Source: Eledone cirrhosa (taxonomy: Eukaryota). From it: DNA of 64,000 nucleotides. Numbering within the stretch: the stretch's first letter is position 1; each line of letters begins with the position of its first letter. Shown here piece after piece: positions 25,150-37,686 of this stretch. The notes under the pieces were generated by a model, which was not told where the DNA came from, made no database searches, and worked only from the letters and a program-made list of their open reading frames with translations. The stretch is from assembly GCA_964016885.1 (NCBI GenBank), contig OZ024745.1, positions 29,512,001-29,576,000 on the forward strand. Reading direction: 5' to 3'. The position numbers and the translations under genes are program-made.

Positions 25150-26262
25150 CGAACCCAGTCACTGGAGACTGTTCATAGATTCATCAAAAGCTAGTCTGAA
25201 AGGTGTCTTGCTGCATAATGGCAATAGTGAACCATCAGTTCCTGTGAGCTATGCATCACACATGAAAGAAACTTATGAGAATATAAAACATATGGTGCAA
25301 TGCATAAAATATGGTGAACACCAATGGAAGCTCTGTGGTGACTTAAAGGTTGTTGCTCTTGTGATGGACTTGCAGGACAGATACACCAAGTACTGCTGCT
25401 TTCTGTGTGAGTGGGACAGTCATGCAAGAGGTGTCCTCTATATCAGGTGAGACTGGCCACCTCATCAATCATTGGAACCTGGAATGAAAAAATGTTCAAC
25501 AGCCACCTCTCCCTGAACCAAACAAAATATTACTACCACAAATACACATAAAACTGGGGCTCATGAAAAACTTTGTAAAACCTATAGACAAATCTGGCCA
25601 GGGATTCAAGTATTTAACATCAAAATTCCCCTCACTGAGCAACGCTATGATAAAAGTGGGAGTCGTCATTGGTCCTGAGATTCGAGAGTTTCTTAAAGAT
25701 ATTGACTTTAAATCAGCCTTTATGGGGAGGAGAAAGCTGCTCGTTAAGCGTTCAAGTTAGTGGCAAAGGGATTTCTCGGAAACAGAAGGGAAGGAAACTA
25801 TGAAGAATTGGTGGAAAACCTCATCAAGGCTTACAAGAATATGGGATGTTGCATGCCACTTAATATCTACTTTTTGGACTCCCATTTAGACTTTTTCCAG
25901 TGAACTGTGGGGCAGTTAGGGACAAACATGATAGGTTTCACTAAGATATTTCAACCATGGAAAAGCAGTACCAGGGCGAATGGAAGACTACAATGCTTGC
26001 AGACTATTGCTGGACATGGGCATGAGATGATTTTTTAACCCACTATATGTGTCAATCAAAAAGGCTGAGAACAGAGCTTAAAACATAATGACACATATTG
26101 TATGTTATAATAAAATAATCAAATATTACATGTTGTGTATCTGTAAGCCTGTAACTAATAACAATTTATCAAGATGATATTTGGATTCATGATATGAAAA
26201 TACATAAGAATTAAATAATCTCTTTTAAGAAGCACACAACTTTTCAAAAATTGTTGACCAGA
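25148..26262 (+). mobile_element. Chapaev(3)-like DNA transposase relic with 3' terminal region
   Basis: WRLFIDSSKASLKGVLLHNGN, CGDLKVVAL, YTKYCCFLCEWDS, HIKLGLMKNFVK, SHLDFF, MLADYCW; ends ...aaaattgttgaccag; family assignment is from recalled motifs. Confidence 0.7.
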
Positions 26263-26520
26263 GATACAGGAAGAATCATCTCCAAATTTAGAAATTCATA
26301 TTTTCCTAAATTAGTTATTTACATAAGAGAAACCCTATAGTTTATGTTGATTATTGACACATAGAAATGATTAAAGGTGAAAATGATATTTTAATAATAT
26401 ATTTCTAGAATATAATTACATAAATCTTCAGCATATATGGACAGATGACATACAGGGAAAAATGTATGAGTAACTTAGGAAAATAACTTTTTACAGGGAC
26501 AAATGTCAGATTAGGACTGA
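26263..26520. repeat. Unclassified interspersed repeat, second copy at 32741-32995
   Basis: gatacagg..gaatca.ctcca.atttagaaattcatattt... shared over about 250 bp. Confidence 0.7.
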
Positions 26521-26840
26521 GGACATTGTGATTGGAAAATAATACATATGTATTTGTGTGTATAAACATACATTATAAATATACATTTCTCAACAAAGTT
26601 TGTCATTTTTAACTGGTTTCATATAAACACAGCCAATTGCAAGCAGCTTGGAAGTCAGATTTGGGTGGAAAGCACACACAGAGAAAAAAAAAAACGAGGA
26701 AGAAAATTTTTCACACAGATCAATAGCACGGTGTGATGTAGTATGATGTAGCTTGGTATAGTGTGGTTTAGGTTGGTGTAGTTGGGTATCGTGTGGTTTG
26801 GTTTGATGAAGTTATGACATGGAAACCAATCGTAAATGAT

Positions 26841-26996
26841 ACGTGACATTAAACGTGGGTGCTCGCAAATGACTATTTTTTGCACATATCAATGAATACG
26901 ACATGGAAACCAATCGTAAATTATAGGTTTCCATGTCATATTCATTGATATGTGCAAATAATAGTCATTTGCGAGCATCCACTTTTAATGTCACGT
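26841..26996. repeat. Fold-back inverted repeat (about 70-bp arms)
   Basis: acgtgacattaaa...ggaaacc / ggtttcc...tttaatgtcacgt. Confidence 0.85.
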
Positions 26997-27513
26997 GATT
27001 TTGTTTTTATTTGTTGGCTGGTTGGGCGGTTGGTGAGGGACTAGCTGGCAGGTTGGGCTGTAGGTGTAATGGCGGCTGGCTGGTTGGCTGGGCGGTCGGT
27101 GAGTGTCTAGCTAACAGGTTGGACGGTTGGCGTCATGATAACTGTGACCGGTTAGGAGGTTGGTAAAATAGTTGTCAAAGGTAAATAATTGTTTCTACTT
27201 TAGGCACAAGGCCAGCAATTACCCAGTGCATTACTGGTACTTTATTTTATCGACCCCGTAAGGACGAAAGGCAAGTAAATAATTAAATCATATATTTTTT
27301 TTAAGTCACTCCCAAAAGTAAGTGTAAAATTACACACACATGTACACAAGATCCCAAAACAGGGGGAACCATACTCCCACTGTCATCGCCTCCGTTTCTC
27401 CTGCCCTCTCACTATGTTATTTACTCATTTGTAATGTTATTTATACAACAGAGAATTATTCGTTACATGTAATCAAAATATTCTAACATATTTCTATGGG
27501 TTGATCTCCCTTG

Positions 27514-27908
27514 ACCAATATATATATATATTCCACAATATATATATATATTCCACAATATATATATATATTCCACAATATATATATATATATATTCCAC
27601 AATATATATATATATATATTCCACAATATATATATATTCCACAATATATATATATATATATTCCACAATATATATATATATTCCACAATATATATATATA
27701 TTCCACAATATATATATATATTCCACAATATATATATATATTCCACAATATATATATATATATATATTCCACAATATATATATATATTCCACAATATATA
27801 TATATATATATATATTCCACAATATATATATATATTCCACAATATATATATATATATATATTCCACAATATATATATATATTCCACAATATATATATATA
27901 TATTCCAC
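27514..27908. repeat. Compound satellite [ttccacaa(ta)n] of about 17 units
   Basis: Constant ttccacaa core with variable TA spacer. Confidence 0.95.
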
Positions 27909-28252
27909 GGACTTTGTCGTTCTTTACGTTGTTGGTTGCTTTATATTGGTATATAATCTATGTTCTTTGATAATCGTGGTTTTCTTGGTTTCGGATATAT
28001 TTTTCCTGTACATCTTTTGTTGCTGACTGTGCTTTTTCATCGAAAACGGATTATCTAAATCACATTCTTTCTTAAATTCTACCTTGTACTTGAAAAAAAA
28101 AAACCGTTTTCATGTTACTTCCATTGAACTCTTTACAGAACAAAGAAATTGAGATGTTTTTATTTCGATTTATTTTTGCTTGTATATCCCGGGTTCAATC
28201 GGTACTCAATACAAAGTAAGGTACTCAATACAAAGCAGAGTATAAATATTTA

Positions 28253-28339
28253 ATATAGTAATGGCTTCTACAGGACTAGAACTGTTTCAGGAAGCCGATG
28301 ATTTCTCCCGAATGAAACAGTTCTAGTCCTGTAGAAGTC

Positions 28340-28348
<9 letters not shown>
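28253..28348. repeat. Short fold-back containing a decayed hammerhead
   Basis: Arms ttctacaggactagaactgtttca / tgaaacagttctagtcctgtagaa; homologous to the HHR-like motif at 58681-58725. Confidence 0.7.
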
Positions 28349-28398
<50 letters not shown>

Positions 28399-28439
28399 CG
28401 AAAAATAAGTCAATTGCATGAACTCATAATCTTTTATTT

Positions 28440-28495
28440 ACTGCTATATATATTTCGATGATAGCCATTGAATAGCTATGACCTCATCAGGCAGT
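28440..28495 (-). ncRNA. Canonical minimal type I hammerhead ribozyme
   Basis: actgc-CTGATGA-ggt c atagcta ttcaa tggctat c atc-GAAA-tatata-TA/gcagt. Confidence 0.88.
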
Positions 28496-28537
28496 TAGTC
28501 AGTTCTGTGTTTATAGTGTTGATGATATCAGAGCCTT

Positions 28538-28580
<43 letters not shown>

Positions 28581-28585
<5 letters not shown>

Positions 28586-28703
28586 AAAAGGTTCAGGACC
28601 CCAACGGCAGAGCTCAAGCCGTTTCGACGGCTATTTCTGGAGTTCAGAAATATCCGTCGAAACGGCTTGAGCTCTGCCGTCGGGGTCCTGAACCTTTTCC
28701 TAT
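28581..28703. repeat. Near-perfect 123-bp hairpin built from the 3' half of a hammerhead
   Basis: gacgg...ccgtc-GAAA-cggc...gcc-GTC/gggg present, CTGANGA side replaced by an inverted copy. Confidence 0.8.
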
Positions 28704-29591
28704 TACCCACTCTACTACCCAAAGTATCGAGTACTCTGGTGCGTTATGGTCCACCTGGTTCCTTACCACACTTCCTTACTATATAGTAATAATTGTTTCT
28801 ACTTTAGGCACAAGGCCAGCAATTACCCAGTGCATTACTGGTACTTTATTTTATCGACCCCCGTAAGGATGAAAGGCAAAGTTAACCTCGGCAGGATTTG
28901 AACTCAGAATGGCAAGGGCCGTAACTCTATGCGTCAAAGCATGGCGACCGACCCTCTACCAATACTGCCAATCCACCGCCCTCTATATATATAGTAATAA
29001 TTGTTTCTACTTTTGGCACAAGGCCAGCAATTACCCAGTGTATTACTGGTACTTTATTTTATCGACCCCGTAAGGATGAAAGGCAAAGTTAACCTCGGCG
29101 GGATATATAGTAATAATAAATACAAGATAGACCAAAATCCGAAGAGGGCTCGATAAGGATTGTATATCTATTATATATAAAAGTATATATAAACTCGTAG
29201 AGCAAATATTTATTATTAGTACAGATTAAGGTTTAAGCAAAGAATTTCTGCTTTCACTCTACACAGGATCTTCTGAGAGTGAGAAAAACCAATCTGTGAC
29301 GCACAGTTTTAGAAGACCCTTAGAAGGGTGAAAGTAGAAATGCCATGCTTAAACATTAATATATATATATATCTATATCTACGGTTAGCTTTCCTCTTTG
29401 TTGTTTACTTGTCTCACTCGCTTTACGCGTTTTAATTGTCCTAATAACTTAATTTAGTTATTATTGCACCAACGTGAGGTATATGATTTTTAATGTAATG
29501 AAATATCTATGATCGTTGGCAAATCACTGATGAGGGACTCATTTTATAACATGTTATCCATGTGCAGCCTGCAGTATTCTTCTCCCCATTT

Positions 29592-29625
<34 letters not shown>

Positions 29626-29633
<8 letters not shown>

Positions 29634-29716
29634 ATACTTTGGGAGGGTCATGTTGCCAATATGAAACACACGCACGTTCTTATTGGCAACATGACCCTCC
29701 CAAAGTATAACAATAT
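29626..29716. repeat. Fold-back of an interspersed repeat end (ttgttatactt.gggagggtcat)
   Basis: About 34-bp arms; single-arm relatives at about 11395-11440 and 16170-16270. Confidence 0.75.
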
Positions 29717-30422
29717 CGGTTTCAACACACGTTTTCAGATAAAGAATCTTGCTAAACAAATTCAGAAACGAAATATATATATATATATATTAGCAGTCTC
29801 TCTCTCTGTTAGCCTCCTCCTCAACTTTCACTCACTCATTCTCTGTCACTACCTCTCCTCCTCCTCTTTCCTCCTCCTCCTTCAAGTTTGACCTGTGTGT
29901 AATTCTTTTCTCGCGCGTCCTGGTCAAGCTGGTATGGAATTTTTTTTCTCTCTCTCTTTCGTCTGCGACTTCACAAAACTTATGTTTACCGAATTCGTAG
30001 ACCAGACCCCTTCTTCTTCTTCTTCTTCTTCTTCTTCTTCTTCTTCTTCTTCTTCTTCTTCTTCTTCTTCTTTTTCTCCCCCCCCCCCGTTAGACTTGTG
30101 CGAAATTCCTTCCTTGCTCACATTTCAACCAGGTTTGATGGTCTTTTGTCTCTTGTTCACGATTTCACCGAGTTTATATTCATAGAGATCTGGGACTTGT
30201 CTATTTCTTCTCACTTTCCGTTGCTTAAACCATTTTGTTTGTTACCCTAACGTCCCCTTTATTTACGTGTCCCAACGACTTTTTTTAGCCGTTGTTCGCA
30301 CCAACCTGAGGCATATGGCCCTTAAAGCGATGAAATGCCTGGGACGGTTGGAGGGTCACTGATGAAGGACTCACTTTTTCATATGCACCACCATTTGCAA
30401 CGCGCAGCCATCATTATTATCA

Positions 30423-30482
<60 letters not shown>

Positions 30483-30614
30483 AATTAAAATACTAGAGTG
30501 TGTTGGAGTTAATCACCCTCTTCGTATTATAGAAATGACAGTAAAGGTATAGCTCAATGTAATTAAACAGAGCCGAAGAATTATTGGCCGATAGTGCTTC
30601 TTATAGCTTTAATT

Positions 30615-30652
30615 GCCCTGATGAGTCCTTAGTAGGACGAAGCATTGTTGGC
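30615..30652 (+). ncRNA. Minimal hammerhead with A15.1>G change
   Basis: gcc-CTGATGA-gtcct tagt aggac-GAAG-cattg-TT/ggc, then AATAAA; module lies between (TA)n tracts. Confidence 0.6.
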
Positions 30653-30697
30653 TAATAAAGACTTTTGATGTATTGAAGGCTTCTTTAGTTTATTTTC

Positions 30698-30754
<57 letters not shown>

Positions 30755-31022
30755 TTTTTAAGACTATACAGAGAATTTGTAGTTTTTCCAAATTGAAGGA
30801 TGAGTATTTTAAACTTTATTTTATTCTGAGTTAAGGGTCTATTGATTTTCCCCTGGATTTCACTAAATTCTGTGGATGAATCTATATCCTGATTCTATTT
30901 GAATTGAGTTTGAATTATCTTCCCACATCTTACGTTAACTATTTTTCCATTTTGACGCTATAGTCACTTATATATTATGGAATACTGTTTGCTTCTTGCT
31001 CACAATAATTTCTAGACTTTTC

Positions 31023-31096
<74 letters not shown>

Positions 31097-31413
31097 TGTT
31101 AATTAGTATTGCGTGTGTGATTATTTTTTCTTTAGATAGACGTTAAACGATGATGATGACACAAACACATAAACACATATATATACAAACACACATATAT
31201 ATATACATTCAGACACACATATATATATACACACATATACACACCCACACATATATATATATTAAGAAATCCATACAATTGCGTGTGTATCGTAACTTTC
31301 ATTGTAACAAAAAAAAAAACAAAAAAAAAATTCTCTGTTGTCAAATAATTTACTTTCACTTTCCCAGACACTCGTCTTAACGTATGCCTATATATATATA
31401 TGTATATATATAT

Positions 31414-31830
31414 TACTTAGCTCTTAATTTAGCTTGTTCTGTTGGGAACATAAGTCACCGAAATTGTCTCCAATGCTGTCGGTCGGCGGCAGCTCGTTGA
31501 CATCTATGCCAGGTGATGTTGACGGTTTGTATGTCTGCCGCTAGGTCATCTTCGGCCCATCCTCTTTTCAGCTTGCCTTCGAGGAAAAGTCCATGTCATC
31601 ACCGTTTTGAACAGGCGATGTGGGAAGCGCAGAATGTGACCCGCCAATCGGAACCGGCGCGCAGTGCATGCGACCCTGATCTCTGCAGGAGCTCATCGTT
31701 CCTTATCCGATCTCGTCAGGTGACCTTACGCAGGCACCTTTGATGGAAAGTGTTTAGACGCTTATCCGTTTTGGCTGTGTTTACACGTTTCGCAGATGGC
31801 CGTGGGAATGCAATGCTCGTGTAAAACAGC
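31414..31830 (-). mobile_element. Decayed RTE-like 3' end of a different subfamily
   Basis: Minus strand encodes RRFRLAGHILR and AADRQHWR remnants. Confidence 0.6.
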
Positions 31831-31939
31831 ATGTTTACAGATTTACTTCCCTTTGACCAATTTTATTCCCGTGACCAGAGCAACAGTGCCATCAATATTG
31901 ACAGCAATAGTATTGAATGTATTTCATTTTTAGAGACTA

Positions 31940-32708
31940 CTAGCAGTAAAGCCCGGCGTTGCTCGGGGTCGCTCAGTAGCTGTGTTAAAGTTACAATGTT
32001 AAGTTTCTTTTTTGGCTTAAAAACTGTAGTGTCTACTGTGCAGACTTGCATGTGGTGTTTTTGATTAATATTCCCTCAACCAACAATATGCCTTATGAAG
32101 TTAAGAAAACATAACGATAACCCGAATGTTATAACAAAAGAGGATGCTGGGGATAGAAACTGCACTGGTTATTTATTAACAAAGATCGAAAATGTAAACA
32201 CTGCAACGCAGAGAAAAACATTAGCGTAACCAAATTATCAGTTATGTCTGTCTGCACGCCTATATCACCTCTCTGCACGACTGTCTGTCTGCACGCCTGA
32301 AATATTTGCTTGTTTTACGTAGTCTTTAAATAGACTTGTTTTCAAGTAAAAATATTGTTTTAAAATGCTTTTAAATGGAAATGAAGCAAAACGGAAGCTT
32401 AGTGTTCGAACGTATTGTGTTAATGTCATTTTAAACGCTGAGAAAGCCAGCGTAATTTTTTACGTAAGACGCTCAATGTAAACAGAACAAAGGGAAATAA
32501 CTGATCACTTACGCTCAAAAATCGATACATTATATTCGATTTCGTCACATAGGGTGGGTCAATTTGAAATTTTTTTTTTTCCGATGTCTTCGCTAGGGCT
32601 GAATGTACAAGTCTAGCAATTTCGGTGCAATTCCGTGAGAGATTCTAAGAGGAGATGTGTGCCAAAAATCGATAGACAGACAGACAACCACAGTTTTATA
32701 TATATAGA
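31940..32708 (-). mobile_element. Non-autonomous Helitron
   Basis: Minus strand A|TCtatatatataaaa start, cccgagcaacgccggg hairpin, CTAG|T end; same termini as 24075-24489. Confidence 0.85.
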
Positions 32709-33049
32709 TTTACGATATGTAGAATTTACCAGGATTACTGGATACAGGCGGAATCACCTCCACATTTAGAAATTCATATTTCCATAAATTAGTTATCTAC
32801 ATAAGAGAAATCCTATCGTTTATGTTGATTACTGATATATAGAAATGATTAAAGGTGAAAATGATATTTTAATAATATATTTCTAGAATATAATTGCAGA
32901 AATGTTCAGCTATATGGACAGATGACATACAGGTATAAATATATGAGTAGCTTAGGAGAAATAACTTTTTACAGAGCAAATGTAGGATTAGAACCCCGGA
33001 CTCTATTGAATAACGTTACTCCAAAAAACCTTCAGGGGAAACCCATTTC

Positions 33050-33350
33050 GGCCACTTGTATTCGTAATCGTATTCTTTTGGCCATTACCCGAGATTCATA
33101 ACCATAGGTAAGGGTTAGCACTAATTCCGAATTGAAGATAGTGAGTTTGGATTTTACACCTGCCTCACTTCTTCTGATTATTGAATGCTGTAGCGAGTGC
33201 ATTACTGCACCAGCTCCTGCAGTTCTTGAACTTAATTCACTTTACTGCCTTCCATCACTTGTGAACATGGCCCGGAGATACTTGAACTTCTCCACCTGCT
33301 TCAGTGGAACTCCATTCACATGTAGAGCGCACTAAGCAGGCTTCCTTGAG
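33050..33350 (-). mobile_element. Decayed RTE-like RT fragment
   Basis: Minus strand ALHVNGVPLKQVEKFKYL. Confidence 0.55.
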
Positions 33351-33525
33351 ATAATATGTGTTTATATACACTCATGTATTCATTACACTATAATATATAT
33401 TTATACACATAAATACATACGTATTACTTTCCAATCACAAGGTCCTGTCAAACTTTCTTCCCCCTTTTCTTTATAACGTGTGAAACTAATAAAACTTTTT
33501 GTATCTTTCTTTATCATTTCCTTGG

Positions 33526-33600
<75 letters not shown>

Positions 33601-33631
33601 AGATCAAAAGATGGTTAAAGGAGTTCCATAT

Positions 33632-33700
33632 ATTTTATTATGCGCATTTCAAAAACAAACATCATCAAGCAATAATATTTGTGTTTTCATCAGATAAAAC
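33632..33700 (-). ncRNA. Type I hammerhead, mirror copy
   Basis: Reverse complement of 33825-33893. Confidence 0.8.
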
Positions 33701-33824
33701 AGGAGAACATGATATGAAGGCTAAAAAACACTTGTGGATAGTGCAGTTTTAAATCAACATATATATGTTGATTTAAAACTGCACTATCCACAAGTGTTTT
33801 TTAGCCTTCATATCATGTTCTCCT

Positions 33825-33893
33825 GTTTTATCTGATGAAAACACAAATATTATTGCTTGATGATGTTTGTTTTTGAAATGCGCATAATAAAAT
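33825..33893 (+). ncRNA. Type I hammerhead ribozyme
   Basis: gttttat-CTGATGA-aaacacaaatattatt gctt gatgatgtttgttttt-GAAA-tgcgca-TA/ataaaat; G-U pairs fall on this strand. Confidence 0.85.
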
Positions 33894-34024
33894 ATATGGA
33901 ACTCCTTTAACCATCTTTTGATCTTATATTATGCATACTCCAGTCCCACAAACTGTAGAGTGCTTCTTATCCGATATCTGCATTGCTTTATTGTACTACA
34001 ATAAAACTCACCTCCTACACATAC

Positions 34025-34079
<55 letters not shown>

Positions 34080-34102
34080 CATATACATATATATACATAT
34101 AC

Positions 34103-34660
<558 letters not shown>

Positions 34661-35183
34661 GTTTGTGTGTGTGTAACATAGAGTTTATTTCTCCTTTAAA
34701 GAGGTCAATGAAATAAGCCGCTATCATAGTTAACAAAATTGGTTGAAAACAGACGACAGTTGCTACTGAAGAAATAAACACACTCACGCACATATTTACG
34801 TATGTGTGTGTGTGTGCGTGGCTTGGATGCTGCAGGCTTCCCATCCTAGCTCAAGCTGGACCGAGTGGATGGCAAAAGTACTTAACATGTTCCTACTGAG
34901 GGCGGTGGATTGGCAGTATCAGTAGAGAGTTGGACGCCATGCTTTGCAGCATAGGGTTACGGCCAAGGTTAATTTTGCCTTTCATCCTCACGGGGTCGAT
35001 TAAATAAAGCACCAGTCATGCACTGGGGTCGATTTAATCGACTTTCCTCTCCCCCAAAATTGCGCGCCTTGTGCCTATATAAGAAATTATTATTTAGTAT
35101 GAACCTTACTTATGCATGCACAAATTCTCCAAAGTCCTTAAAAATTACATCAACATCATCTATTAACAAAAAAAAAAAAAAAT

Positions 35184-35265
35184 TGGCGGCGGTTGGATTC
35201 GAATCCACGCCTCCACAGAGACTAATACCTTAAAGCAGCACTTTAGACTACTCGGCCATGCTACC
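35184..35265 (-). pseudogene. tRNA-Leu(AAG) pseudogene
   Basis: 82-nt paralogue of 37687-37768 with disrupted anticodon and acceptor stems; poly-T downstream. Confidence 0.8.
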
Positions 35266-35379
35266 ACATGGTAACTCCAGCATTTAGTTATAGTATTTCT
35301 ATATTAGATTGTCATAGATAATGACAGATGTGGTATTACTTCACCTCTTAATAAAAATGTAATTCGTTGTAGAGCCTGT

Positions 35380-35590
35380 AACAGTGGAGACTTTTGGCAT
35401 TCTTGGCCCCCGGGTCAGAACCCTACTCACTGTTATTGGACTGGAGTTGACCGTGCACAGGTGCAAGCCCCTCGAGGTTGAGTGGCTGTTTCATCACGTC
35501 TCCCTCGCTGTCCTCCGGGGAAATGTATTCTCCATCCTGTTGGCTGGGACCCAGAGGCTGAGGGTAAGTTAGTTGGAGGTGGGGGATACT
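35380..35590 (+). mobile_element. CRE-like non-LTR 3' remnant, second copy at 38240-38445
   Basis: ETFGILGP...WLFHHVSLAVLRGN resembles REL-endonuclease C-termini. Confidence 0.5.
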
Positions 35591-35892
35591 AGTTCTGACG
35601 TCACACATTTCCTCTTCTCACCCCACTTTCTCGTACTCTATGTATTGTGGATTGACAGTATCGGTAGAGCGTCGGACAACATGCTTGCAGCGCAGAGTCA
35701 TGGTCCTTTGCTTTCTTAGTTGAAATTATGCCGATGCTAACATTGCCTTTCATCCTTACAGGAACGATAAAATAAAGCACCTGTAATGGACTGGGGTCAC
35801 TTAAATCGACTTTCCCCTCCCCCAAATTGTTGGCCTTGTGCCAGTAGAAATCATTATGAGGGCGATATGAAAAAAAAGAAAGAAAAAACCAA

Positions 35893-35974
35893 TGGCAGTG
35901 GTGGGATTCGAACCCACGCCTCCAAAGAGACTGGTGCCTAAAACCAGCGCCTTAGACCACTCGGCCACACTACC
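35893..35974 (-). tRNA. tRNA-Leu(UAG)
   Basis: GGTAGTGTGGCCGAGTGGTCTAAGGCG-CTGGT TT TAG GC ACCAG-long variable arm-GTGGGTTCGAATCCCAC-CACTGCCA; T-run terminator follows. Confidence 0.93.
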
Positions 35975-36209
35975 AACTGTTGAAAACAATACTCGGTTAT
36001 CATATTTGTATATTAGTTAGTAATAGAGAGTCACTGAAACTGATACAAGATTCTCTATTCCATATCTGTTATTTTTACATTGTTTTGTTCCAGGTTACTC
36101 GAGATTAAAAGATAACTTTATTCAGATAATATTACGTTTTAAGTCCACAAATAACGGCCAAATATCACACACACAGACACACATAAATACATATCTATGC
36201 TACCGTGGA

Positions 36210-36765
36210 GCTCTACCAGTACGCGATTAGATCTACAGGCACAGGCGCCCCGGCAGAGATCCTTCAAAGAAGACGTGTCCAAGATGCGAGCGGGACGTTG
36301 AAACCGTCCTGCACGCAATTGTACACTGTCTGGGCGTAACAGACCTGTGGAAATACGCAGAACAACTGCTGTCGCGTGTGGGACAAATCCAATTGACTGC
36401 CGACTCCATAGTAAGGATCAAACCGCCACCTTCATTTAAAAACGAAACAGAGGCGGTTTTCCTCTGTATAGTGGCTATGGTGAAAGAGGTTATATGGTGG
36501 ACGAGATTGAGAGGACTGAGGACAGATGCCTTTCTCTCCGGACAACAACTCATTCCCTTCTTTAGGTACCACTTTAGAAGGAGAATCAGAATGTTCTATC
36601 TACGGGGTATAAAACAACCCATTTGTAACGCCTCCCCCCTATTGGGGATTTCGATTGTTGAATTTGTATGTTAAAGTTTTTTACACGATTGCATGTAAAA
36701 TCCCCGTCAAATGTCTTTGTATTGTCCCCTTTTCTTGTGCTCCCTTGTGGCAAATAAAGAAATAT
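36210..36765 (+). mobile_element. Tx1/L1-like LINE 3' fragment
   Basis: CPRC...ETVLHAIVHC zinc knuckle, AATAAA at the end; related to 38740-39712. Confidence 0.65.
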
Positions 36766-36916
36766 ATCTATCTATCTATCTCTATAGATATGTGTGTGTG
36801 TGTTTGTGTGTGTATATAATTATTAGGGCCAGTTATTACAATGGCGCCATGCCAAGTACATACATTTTGTTAGCCCTGAAGACCAATTTGTTCAACCAGG
36901 GCCGATGAAAATGTAA

Positions 36917-37067
<151 letters not shown>

Positions 37068-37190
37068 TGATGGTAGCTATGATGCTTCCATAGGCGGTAT
37101 GGCGGTTGAGCACTCTATGTTCTTACAGAGCAGTGTGTGATATAATATAAAACGAAAAATCAGTGATGCATCTGAACTCAAATTTATTGT

Positions 37191-37278
37191 GTGTTACAAT
37201 TGTTTCGCCGGCAGACAGCTCGAGACACGATCATTGTGTGGATCTGTCTGATTCTGGATCTGCAGGTTCGTCAGACAC
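37191..37278 (-). ncRNA. Type I hammerhead, same family as 23545-23633
   Basis: gtgt-CTGACGA-acc...ggc-GAAA-caattg-TA/acac; canonical core, first stem II pair mismatched. Confidence 0.7.
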
Positions 37279-37576
37279 TTATATATATGACCATGGTTTT
37301 GCACCTAGAAGGTTTCCCTCCTAGACAAAAGCCTGGGCAAGGTTTGTTAATAGAAGAGCAGCATACATATAAGTCTTCCCTCACCACACCACCAATGTTG
37401 TCCAAAGGAAAGGCAATGGCCGATACAGCTTGGCCCCAGTCACGTCGCAACTCACTTCTACAGCTGCTTAAACTGAAGCATCGTGATATAAAGTGACTTG
37501 CTCAAGGAAACAACGAGAATCAAACTCATGACTTCCCAATTGCAAGTCCAACGCTGTAACCACTAAGCCATGTGCC

Positions 37577-37633
<57 letters not shown>

Positions 37634-37686
37634 ATCTATATATAAAGTTATATCGACTTCGTCTATTTAAAAAAAAAAAAAAACTT

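Larger units (their letters stand above)
33593..33932. repeat. 340-bp spacerless palindrome
   Basis: Centre between 33762 and 33763 (caac atatatat gttg); no mismatch found by eye. Confidence 0.92.

Noticed and set aside
27514-27908. CRISPR-like repeat-spacer appearance
   Set aside because: The core is only 8 bp, the spacers are plain (TA)n, the context is eukaryotic and there are no cas genes
27463-28026. Long ORFs with YI/IY repeats (also 33929-34402, 52669-53209, 1379-1965, 6053-6430, 45458-45812)
   Set aside because: Translations of microsatellites that happen to lack stop codons
29505-29540. SECIS or HDV-like reading of the atypical CTGATGA motif
   Set aside because: ATGA-to-AAA spacing is too short for a SECIS; P3 and P1.1 of an HDV fold are not conserved between copies
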